Assembly: GCA_030747675.1 (NCBI GenBank) | Contig: JASLKH010000029.1 | Location: 1 to 15,784 of the forward strand | DNA length: 15,784 nt | Direction: 5' to 3' | Source: Candidatus Thalassarchaeaceae archaeon | GTDB taxonomy: Archaea > Thermoplasmatota > Poseidoniia > Poseidoniales > Thalassarchaeaceae | Part shown: positions 1 to 7,072 of the stretch, piece by piece | How positions within the stretch are numbered: position 1 is the first letter of the stretch | Layout: each line of letters starts with the position of its first letter | The notes under the pieces: model-generated | Told to the model about the DNA's origin: nothing | The model's database searches: none | The model's input: only the letters and a program-made list of their open reading frames with translations | Translations under genes and position numbers: made by a program

Positions 1-5
1 GGCGA

Positions 6-1835
6 TTAATCTTCAACTTCATCGGTTTTTCTGCCATTTTCAATTAATCGAGACGATTTGGATTCACTTGGAAATGAATCCAGGCCAATCTGACCTCTTG
101 GGCGGAGTTGTTCAGCAATTTTCTTTTTGTTGGGACTATTGATTGGTGCGTTTTCCCCTTCTTGTTCAATTACTACTGTGGAGGGAACCTTATCACTTAA
201 TTCGGGGGCCAATCTGATATTTTCTTGTTCTAAGAAATCAGCAGCTTTGTCGCCATTATCTAGCATGAATGAGTCTAGATGTGCTCCTTCTGTCCGAATG
301 GGGCTTCCCCCTCTTTTCCTGCGGACTTGCTGGATTGAACGATGCATAATTTCTTCACGTCTCTTTGCGGAAGCCCGAGCACCTTCATCGCGAGTTTCTC
401 TGGCAATTAAAACGTAAACAGTCCCTTCTCTTTGTCTCCCAGTTCTTCCTCTTCGCTGAATTGTCCTAATCTCACTACCAACTGGCTCGTAAAATATGAC
501 TAAATCAGCATTTGGAACATCTAATCCTTCTTCCCCTACCGAGGTTGCGACTAAGATATTCGCTTTCCCAGCCCTGAATGCATTCAGCCCCTCTAGTTGC
601 TCCTTTTGACTCATACCAGCAGAGCCATCTCTATTGGCTTGCCCAACGAATCTCTGAGGAATAGCCAATTCAATATCTCCAAGAACCCTCTCAATTTCAT
701 CCACAGTATCTCTAAAATTAGCAAAAATGATAATTCTACTATCTGGACTTTCCTTGAGTTGTTTTCTGACCATTCTTCTAACCATTGTTACTTTACTATG
801 GCATTCTTCCATCGAATTAATTGAATCTCTTAATTGTTTAATTCTAGGGTCTTTAACGAATTCTTTAGCTGACGTTTTGATGTCTTCTTTCTTTTCATCA
901 AGGCGATCCAGTGCTTCTCTTGTGGCAGCAACACCTTGGCACAATATGTAAGATATAATATGATTTAATCGCATAGCAATAGCATTCTCTACTGCTGCTC
1001 TATAGGCAATTGACTCTTGTCTTCCGATGGCAATTGATATCCGATTCCGGGCTTCTTGTAATCCTCCTGCTGTGATGTGACCTTGTCGGGAATAGTAGCC
1101 TTGTCGTCTCAACCGATCCACAATTCGTTCTATCCAAACTTCCAACGGTTTTGCTAAATCTCGCAGTACTTGGGGGACTTCTACCACTACATCGTTGATG
1201 TCTAATCCAGATGCATAGGGTTCCAGTAATGCATCACCAGGTGGTCGAGCATGAATATTTGCAATTTTCAATCTATTACAAACTTCCATTATATCTGATT
1301 CAATATGTCCAGGGCTAGCAGTTGCTGCCAATATTATCCCCTCTGGATTTTGTTCTGAGAATAAATCTCCGACTTGAGCCATAGCATGGTTTCCAGTTGC
1401 TCTATGGGCTTCATCAATAATCAGCAAGGCGATATCATTCAGATTTGTTAACCCATTTTGGACATCGTTACGTACAATTTGTGGCGTTGCAACAATAATT
1501 TTCGCTGAACTCCAGATTTTTTCTCGTTTCTTTGGGGAAGTTGATCCTGTAAGACAAACGATGGAATCGGGCCCACTATCTAATTTCAGGAACCGACGTA
1601 AATCAGCAAGATGTTGATTCACAAGTCCATTTGTAGGTGCAACCATAATCGCCCTTCCTCCCTTAATTTTTAGTCGCTCGGCTAATACCATGACTTCAAT
1701 CGGTGTTTTACCCATGCCTGTTGGTAACACCAAAAGCGTTGAACCGCTAAGGCAATGGTCGACTGCTGATAACTGATATGCTCGCGCTTCAAGAGTATTT
1801 GATACGAGCATATCATGGCAGATTTTGTTCGACAT
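6..1835 (-). CDS. hef: Hef/FANCM/Mph1-family SF2 DEAH-box helicase, 609 aa, helicase-only (no ERCC4 nuclease domain in this ORF)
   Basis: N-terminal EARAYQ (Q-motif region), Walker A LPTGMGKT, DEAHRA, motif III ATASPG, ATSVGEEGLDVP and motif VI QRRGRTGR. SD-like GGAG 8 nt before the ATG at 1835; TAA stop at 8..6. Confidence 0.9.
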   Translation of the reverse strand: MSNKICHDMLVSNTLEARAYQLSAVDHCLSGSTLLVLPTGMGKTPIEVMVLAERLKIKGGRAIMVAPTNGLVNQHLADLRRFLKLDSGPDSIVCLTGSTSPKKREKIWSSAKIIVATPQIVRNDVQNGLTNLNDIALLIIDEAHRATGNHAMAQVGDLFSEQNPEGIILAATASPGHIESDIMEVCNRLKIANIHARPPGDALLEPYASGLDINDVVVEVPQVLRDLAKPLEVWIERIVDRLRRQGYYSRQGHITAGGLQEARNRISIAIGRQESIAYRAAVENAIAMRLNHIISYILCQGVAATREALDRLDEKKEDIKTSAKEFVKDPRIKQLRDSINSMEECHSKVTMVRRMVRKQLKESPDSRIIIFANFRDTVDEIERVLGDIELAIPQRFVGQANRDGSAGMSQKEQLEGLNAFRAGKANILVATSVGEEGLDVPNADLVIFYEPVGSEIRTIQRRGRTGRQREGTVYVLIARETRDEGARASAKRREEIMHRSIQQVRRKRGGSPIRTEGAHLDSFMLDNGDKAADFLEQENIRLAPELSDKVPSTVVIEQEGENAPINSPNKKKIAEQLRPRGQIGLDSFPSESKSSRLIENGRKTDEVED

Positions 1836-1880
1836 GTTCTTGACTCCTGCACTCCAAGGTTCTTAGCCAAATCGCTGTAT

Positions 1881-1888
1881 GATATATT
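1881..1888 (-). promoter_or_regulatory. Candidate TATA box for hef
   Basis: Minus strand reads purine-rich CAGAGG followed by AATATATC, about 50 nt upstream of the hef ATG. This would give a ~25-nt UTR containing the GGAG SD. Motif match only. Confidence 0.3.
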
Positions 1889-1900
1889 CCTCTGCATTGC

Positions 1901-1918
1901 AAAACCCCCCGTAGGGGG
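1901..1918 (-). terminator. GC hairpin with C(UACG)G tetraloop followed by U4 (terminator-like, or a 5'-terminal stem-loop)
   Basis: Minus strand reads CCCCC-UACG-GGGGG-UUUU: 5-bp stem, UNCG-class loop. Function is not determinable from sequence. Confidence 0.35.
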
Positions 1919-1939
1919 CCTCGGGCATCAACCGAGCCG

Positions 1940-1949
1940 TTCATATATG
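1940..1949 (+). promoter_or_regulatory. Candidate TATA box for the r-protein operon, overlapping the perfect palindrome CATATATG
   Basis: TTCATATA is one mismatch from TTTATATA and is the best AT-rich box upstream of the structured region. It predicts a TSS near 1970-1975. Confidence 0.4.
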
Positions 1950-1969
1950 GAAGGTAGGTCGGAGGCTCG

Positions 1970-2135
1970 CTCTACACTGGGCATCCAGACACCATCGGGC
2001 AATGTAATTGCATCCCACAAAGCCAAAAATTCCACTTGTGAATTTTGGTCCGGTGTCACGGTTGCCCCTGAAGTGATGAGCCGGCGTACTGCCGCTTCGG
2101 CGGCCTCTACACCGAAAACACATGGAGGACCCAAA
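1970..2135 (+). promoter_or_regulatory. Candidate structured 5' leader (ribosomal-protein leader) of rpl3
   Basis: Serial hairpins CTGG-GCAT-CCAG (1977-1988), GCAAT-GTA-ATTGC (1999-2011) and CCAAAAATTC...GAATTTTGG (2023-2048). Stem CGGTGT/ACACCG (2051-2056/2109-2114) encloses GCCGC-TTCG-GCGGC (2091-2104). SD GGAGGA at 2124-2129. Confidence 0.5.
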
Positions 2136-3152
2136 ATGGGAGACAGACACCGCCCGAAGAAAGGCAGCATGGGCTTCGGCCCTCGAAAGAGAGCAGCACG
2201 GCCGTACGGCCGTGTGAAATCCTGGCCTAATAATGAAGCAGATGAAGTACGAGTTCAGGGATTCGCTGGATGGAAGGCTGGAATGACACATATTTTGATG
2301 CGTGATCTCAATCCTGGCAGCCCTAGTGCAGGTGCTGAAGTGCGAAAAGCAGTCACAGTTGTTGAGGTTCCACCGATGCTTGTTTTAGCAGTTCGTGGTT
2401 ACAAAATGACACCTTACGGTAAGCAAACTGCTGGAGAAGCTTGGGCTGATGCAGAAAAGTTGTCTGACAGCCTCCCCGATTTACCTCGTCGAATCCCTGA
2501 GAGAAAGGAGCATGATTCCGCAGCACATTTGGAAAAGCTGAAAGAATCCAATTTAGTTGAAGTTCGCGTGATAGTTGCTACACAACCAGATAAGATATCT
2601 GCAGTGGGTAGCAAGACACCCGGAATTATGGAAATTGGTTTGACTGGTGGCGATACATCTGCTAAACTGGAATGGGCGGCAGAAAAGTTAGGTGAAGAAC
2701 TAGGAATTGACGATGTATTCACTCCAGGTTCAGATATTGACGTCATTGGAGTGACTAAAGGATATGGTAACCAAGGTGTGGTTCGTCGATTTGGAGTTAA
2801 GTTACTCTCGCACAAGAACTCAAAGCGCCGACGTCAAATTGGTAACATGGGTGATTTTGGTACAGGATACGTTCGAAAGACAATCCGACAAGCCGGACAG
2901 ACAGGATATCACCAGCGCACAGAATATAACAAGCGAATTTTGAGAATCTCAAATGAGGATGATGACCAAATAACACCTGCAGGAGGATTTCTCCATTATG
3001 GTGAATTAAACAATCAATATCTTATGATCCAAGGTAGTTTACCAGGTCCAGCCAAGCGTCTAATTAGATTCCGTGATGCTGCAAGACCTCGCAGTGAACA
3101 ACCATCGGTTGACATAACATACGTAAGTACGGCATCTAAGCAAGGAGTGTGA
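2136..3152 (+). CDS. rpl3: 50S ribosomal protein uL3, 338 aa
   Basis: Start moved from the track's 1815 to ATG 2136 (MGDRHRPKKGSMGFGPRKRA), which has SD GGAGGA. Motifs GFAGWKAGMTH, GVTKGYGNQGVVRRFG, GQTGYHQRTEYNKR, GGFLHYG. Confidence 0.97.
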   Translation: MGDRHRPKKGSMGFGPRKRAARPYGRVKSWPNNEADEVRVQGFAGWKAGMTHILMRDLNPGSPSAGAEVRKAVTVVEVPPMLVLAVRGYKMTPYGKQTAGEAWADAEKLSDSLPDLPRRIPERKEHDSAAHLEKLKESNLVEVRVIVATQPDKISAVGSKTPGIMEIGLTGGDTSAKLEWAAEKLGEELGIDDVFTPGSDIDVIGVTKGYGNQGVVRRFGVKLLSHKNSKRRRQIGNMGDFGTGYVRKTIRQAGQTGYHQRTEYNKRILRISNEDDDQITPAGGFLHYGELNNQYLMIQGSLPGPAKRLIRFRDAARPRSEQPSVDITYVSTASKQGV

Positions 3153-3156
3153 TTAA

Positions 3157-4020
3157 ATGAAGGTAAAAACATATGATCTCACAAATACAGTCGAGGTTGA
3201 GGAACTTGAGGCTGGTACCATTGTCGATTACAGTATCGAAGCAGAAGATGGTAAATCAGTCAAGCTGCCAGGTGCATTTGAGTCTTCTTTCCGACCTGAT
3301 TTAATCCGACGAGCGGTTCATTCTTCCAGAGCAAATCGCCGCCAACCATATGGGCACAGAGAACATGATGGAAAGCGCGCTCCTCAACCCGGTATGAAAC
3401 ATTCAGTTGAATGGTGGGGCAAGGGACGCGGTGTCAGCCGAATTATGCGTAAATCCGGTGCCCGAACTGGTGCACAAAACCCTCACACACGTGGCGGGCG
3501 TCGAGCACATGGACCGATGGTCGCTAAAGATTGGACTCAGAAACTCAATACAAAGGAAGCGAATGCAGCACGCGATTCAGCAATTGCAGCTACAGCAGAC
3601 GCCAATCGAGTTTCCTCACGAGGTCACCGGTTTGATGAAAATGTCAGATTCCCAATTGTTTTGGGCACATATGTCGAAGATGGTGAAAGTATGGAAATAG
3701 AATCCTTATCTACAGATAAAGCGACGAAGAAATTCGTTGCAATGATGGAAAGCATTGGTGTTGGCGATGATTTGCTTAGAGCAAGAGATGGCAGTAATAT
3801 CCGTGCAGGTAAAGGCAAGATGCGCGGTCGTCGCCGTCGAACCCCCAAGAGTGTTCTTCTGGTCGTCGCTCAGCGTGATGGCTTAGCCAAGGCTGCACGG
3901 AATGTCCCCGGAGTGGATGTTGCAATAGCTAAGGATCTTTGCGCCGAAGATTTGGCGCCTGGCGGTGATGCAGGTCGTCTCACCGTATGGACGAAGTCGG
4001 CCATTGAGGCACTGGAGTGA
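3157..4020 (+). CDS. rpl4: 50S ribosomal protein uL4, 287 aa
   Basis: RPDLIRRAV, RQPYG, WGKGRG, GGRRAH, IRAGKGKMRGRR, LAPGGDAGRLTVWT; canonical position after rpl3. Confidence 0.97.
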   Translation: MKVKTYDLTNTVEVEELEAGTIVDYSIEAEDGKSVKLPGAFESSFRPDLIRRAVHSSRANRRQPYGHREHDGKRAPQPGMKHSVEWWGKGRGVSRIMRKSGARTGAQNPHTRGGRRAHGPMVAKDWTQKLNTKEANAARDSAIAATADANRVSSRGHRFDENVRFPIVLGTYVEDGESMEIESLSTDKATKKFVAMMESIGVGDDLLRARDGSNIRAGKGKMRGRRRRTPKSVLLVVAQRDGLAKAARNVPGVDVAIAKDLCAEDLAPGGDAGRLTVWTKSAIEALE

Positions 4021-4025
4021 TACAA

Positions 4026-4313
4026 ATGGATCCATACAAGGTTATACTGATGCCGTGGATTACGGAAAAATCCCTTGAAGCACGTCGTGTTGCAAATGAA
4101 GACTACGGATATTTCCAGAATAACAACCGATTAGAATTTATTGTTCGACGTGAATCGACAAAGGCAGATATCAAAGCAGCAGTTGAAGATTTGTTAGAAG
4201 TAAGAGTCGCTAAAGTTAACACTCGAATTACGAAAGAAGGGAAGCATGCAAGTGTTAAACTTGCAGAAGGCTTTGATGCAGAGGAAACGGCTCTCAAATT
4301 AGGAGCATTCTGA
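4026..4313 (+). CDS. rpl23: 50S ribosomal protein uL23, 95 aa
   Basis: PWITEKS, NRLEFIV, KADIKAAVE, VAKVNT. ATG 4026 preferred over GTG 4017 because SD GGAGTGA (4014-4020) lies 5 nt upstream. Confidence 0.95.
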   Translation: MDPYKVILMPWITEKSLEARRVANEDYGYFQNNNRLEFIVRRESTKADIKAAVEDLLEVRVAKVNTRITKEGKHASVKLAEGFDAEETALKLGAF

Positions 4314-4327
4314 TGGAGGTGTGATGT

Positions 4328-5047
4328 ATGGGTAAGCGAATTCGTGCACAACGTCGTGGTTCTTCTCCGAAGAATCGCGTTAACTCTCACCGATTCCCTG
4401 GTGCAAACCGTCTTCCTCGGGTAGATGACGATGTAGCAGAGGTAACTGATATGATTCATAGTCCAGTACATACTGGCCCATTGGCAGCAATAAAATTCGA
4501 TGACGGAACAACAGGACATGTTGCAGCTACAGAAGGAATGGCTGTAGGACAAAAGATTGCATTTGGAAATAATGTTAGCCTACGCCCCGGGAATGTGACA
4601 ATATTGTCTCAAATCCCTGAAGGAACCCCCATTAGCAATGTCGAGGCCCGACCTGGAGATGGCGGTAAATTTGCCCGTTCCGGTGGAAATAACGCCATGC
4701 TTGAAACCCGGATGGGCGACATAGTTCGAGTTCGTCTCCCAAGCGGTAGTCTGAAAGATCTTCCATCACATTGCCGTGCTACTATCGGTGTCCTTGCAGG
4801 CCATGGCCGAACAGAAAAACCGTTGATGAAGGCAGGTGCAGCCCACTATCGTGCTAAGGCACGTGGTAAACTCTACCCCTCTGTTAGTGGTGTGGCAATG
4901 AATCCAGTTGACCACCCTCACGGTGGTGGAAATCACCAAGCCGTCCACGGTCCAAACAGCGTGAGTCGCAATGCTCCACCTGGACAAAAGGTAGGACATA
5001 TCGCCCCGAGCCGTACTGGACGTGGTCGAGGAAAGAGGAAGGAGTGA
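4328..5047 (+). CDS. rpl2: 50S ribosomal protein uL2, 239 aa
   Basis: MGKRIRAQRRG, GDGGKFARSGG, GVAMNPVDHPHGGG; SD GGAGGTG. Confidence 0.98.
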   Translation: MGKRIRAQRRGSSPKNRVNSHRFPGANRLPRVDDDVAEVTDMIHSPVHTGPLAAIKFDDGTTGHVAATEGMAVGQKIAFGNNVSLRPGNVTILSQIPEGTPISNVEARPGDGGKFARSGGNNAMLETRMGDIVRVRLPSGSLKDLPSHCRATIGVLAGHGRTEKPLMKAGAAHYRAKARGKLYPSVSGVAMNPVDHPHGGGNHQAVHGPNSVSRNAPPGQKVGHIAPSRTGRGRGKRKE

Positions 5048-5053
5048 TTCTGA

Positions 5054-5578
5054 ATGGCACGACGTAAGAAGAAAGTAATACGCACACCAAAGGCGGCTCG
5101 TCGAGCAGCTCGTAAGCGCCGTTCAGGTGTAGCAGAACGCCGGAAGAAGGAATTTACCTATCGCGGTTACTCTGTAGCAGAATTGAAAGACCTCCCGGTA
5201 TTTGCACCAGATGAAGACCCGGATGCACTTAGTGTTGAGAGCATCATGCCCTCTCGGGCTCGAAGAAGTATGTCTCGAGGGTACGAAAGAGGAATTACTA
5301 ACGGTGGTTCTAATTCTGATGAGGAACACTTCATCAATCGCATGCGCGAGGATCCTGATAAAAAGGTGAGAACACACTGCCGTTCATTGTATATTCTTCC
5401 AGAAATGGTTGGACGAACGATTGGTATTCATGATGGACGCCAATTCAAAATGGTTGATATTCTCCCCGAAATGATTGGTCATGCGCTTGGAGAATATGCT
5501 CCAACACGTCGCAGTGTGACGCACACAGGACCTGGTGTCGGTGCTACCAGATCGAGTAAGCACGTAGCATTGAAGTGA
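5054..5578 (+). CDS. rps19: 30S ribosomal protein uS19, 174 aa
   Basis: KEFTYRG, VRTHCR, ILPEMVG, PEMIGHALGEYAPTR, HTGPGVGATRSSK. Confidence 0.96.
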   Translation: MARRKKKVIRTPKAARRAARKRRSGVAERRKKEFTYRGYSVAELKDLPVFAPDEDPDALSVESIMPSRARRSMSRGYERGITNGGSNSDEEHFINRMREDPDKKVRTHCRSLYILPEMVGRTIGIHDGRQFKMVDILPEMIGHALGEYAPTRRSVTHTGPGVGATRSSKHVALK

Positions 5579-5587
5579 GGTGATAAG

Positions 5588-6121
5588 ATGAGTAGAGATC
5601 GTTCTAAACCACAATCTGGATACACCCAGTTATTACAAGGCAGTCGTTTGGCTTCCGCCCGTGCAGTAAATGCTGATGTTCATCACAAACATTGCTATCA
5701 AATCGCCCGCGCGATAAAGGGAATGTATGCTGGTGATGCAGTTGAATATCTTGAGAAGGTCATCAAACAAGAGGTGGCAATTCCATACACTCGCCGTTCC
5801 CGAAGTGGGAAGGGTGGTAACACGATGGCTGGACACAGAAAAGGAAAGATGGGTCCTGGGCGTTATCCAAGAAATGCATCTCGTGAATTCATCAAACTTA
5901 TTGAGAGTGCAATGGACAATGCTCGGCAACATCATGAAGACATCGATGCTGAAGATATGACCATCACTCACTGTGCAGCACATAGAGGGCAAGTCAGCAA
6001 AGGATTCCGCCCTCGCGCGCGCGGACGAGCAACACCGAATAATCACTACCAGGTCAATCTTGAAATATTCATTGAAGATCTAGATGCAGATGATTCTGAA
6101 GACGAAGGGGACGATTACTGA
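5588..6121 (+). CDS. rpl22: 50S ribosomal protein uL22, 177 aa
   Basis: IARAIKGM, GPGRYP, NARQH, PRARGRA; acidic C-terminal tail; canonical position. Confidence 0.96.
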   Translation: MSRDRSKPQSGYTQLLQGSRLASARAVNADVHHKHCYQIARAIKGMYAGDAVEYLEKVIKQEVAIPYTRRSRSGKGGNTMAGHRKGKMGPGRYPRNASREFIKLIESAMDNARQHHEDIDAEDMTITHCAAHRGQVSKGFRPRARGRATPNNHYQVNLEIFIEDLDADDSEDEGDDY

Positions 6122-6130
6122 GGCGATATT

Positions 6131-6868
6131 ATGGGAAATCAACAAAATACAATCCGTAAGTTCATCGATCGAAATGTCGAACGTCAACTTGTTCGTGAAT
6201 ACCTGTTGAAGAATACAACTCGAGCAGGCTTTGGTGGGCTAGATTTCCAACGAACTCCTGAGGGGACCAAGGTTACCCTTCATGCAGAGCGAGTAGGAAT
6301 GGTCATTGGTCGAAAAGGAAAAATCATCAATGGATTACAACGTCATCTTCAGAACGATTTCAATCTCGACAACCCTCGTCTTGAGGTTGCAGAAATAGAA
6401 AACCCTGCTCTAAATGCTCAAGTGATGGCTAGCAAACTTGCTAGTGCACTTGAACGTGGCTGGTATTTCCGCCGAGCAGGGCACAGTACTCTTCTAAACA
6501 TCATGGATGCAGGTGCTAAAGGCTGCCTCGTAACAACAGGTGGGAAGTTGACTGGAAGCCGCAATCGAACTCAAAAATTCCAAGCAGGCCACATCAAGTT
6601 TTGTGGTGACACCGCTCTCCAATTCATGGATATTGGTTTTGCTGTTGCGACTAAGAAATTAGGTACTATTGGTTGCACTGTTGCAATTATGCGACCAGGC
6701 AGTAAATTACCTCATGAAATCCGTATCAAAGACCGACATGAAGTCGGACTTTCTCCTCTTGCTGAAGTGGCAATAGTCACTGAGAAGAGTGATCCTCTCC
6801 CTGAAGAGGTTGTTGAAGAAGCGGCAACTGAAGAGGTTGTTGAAGAAACAGAGGAGGCGAGTGAATGA
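6131..6868 (+). CDS. rps3: 30S ribosomal protein uS3, 245 aa
   Basis: KH domain GMVIGRKG, NPALNAQVMA, LERGWYFRRAG, GKLTGSR. Confidence 0.97.
   Translation: MGNQQNTIRKFIDRNVERQLVREYLLKNTTRAGFGGLDFQRTPEGTKVTLHAERVGMVIGRKGKIINGLQRHLQNDFNLDNPRLEVAEIENPALNAQVMASKLASALERGWYFRRAGHSTLLNIMDAGAKGCLVTTGGKLTGSRNRTQKFQAGHIKFCGDTALQFMDIGFAVATKKLGTIGCTVAIMRPGSKLPHEIRIKDRHEVGLSPLAEVAIVTEKSDPLPEEVVEEAATEEVVEETEEASE
6801..6847 (+). repeat. Exact 20-nt direct repeat CTGAAGAGGTTGTTGAAGAA (period 27) in the uS3 acidic tail
   Basis: Copies at 6801-6820 and 6828-6847, each encoding EEVVEE. Confidence 0.9.
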
Positions 6869-7065
6869 GCCACCTGAAATCTAGAGACATCGACAATATG
6901 TCACAAGAAGCTCGAGAAAACCGTCTTATTGAGTTGCGTGAAGAATTGTTACAATTACGAGCTCAACAAGCCCTTGGTGGTTCAGCATCCAATCAAGGTG
7001 CATACAAAGCCACACGCCGTTCTATCGCACGGCTGCTGACTAAAATGAATGGAAATAAGGAGTGA
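6865..7065 (+). CDS. rpl29: 50S ribosomal protein uL29, 66 aa
   Basis: LKSRDIDNMS, LIELREELLQLR, RRSIARLLT; ATGA overlap with rps3. Confidence 0.93.
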   Translation: MSHLKSRDIDNMSQEARENRLIELREELLQLRAQQALGGSASNQGAYKATRRSIARLLTKMNGNKE

Positions 7066-7072
7066 AAAATGA

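Noticed and set aside
127-951. Plus-strand ORFs opposite hef (127..417, 597..824, 727..951)
   Set aside because: Antisense shadow frames with no recognisable motifs or SDs.
2038-2092. Complete box C/D guide sRNA
   Set aside because: Only the internal D/C pair is present; there is no credible terminal box C upstream or box D downstream at guide-length spacing.
1815-2135. 107-codon in-frame N-terminal extension of uL3 in the ORF track
   Set aside because: It overlaps the hef start on the opposite strand, has no protein-like motif, spans the promoter and hairpin region, and ATG 2136 has a strong SD and a canonical uL3 N-terminus. The long open frame is mildly surprising, so a small doubt remains.
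1836-2135. Intergenic region as tRNA, 5S rRNA, SRP RNA or RNase P RNA
   Set aside because: No T-loop/cloverleaf, no 5S CCGAAC loop, no SRP helix-8 motif and no RNase P GAGGAAAGUCC-type CR-I found on either strand by eye.
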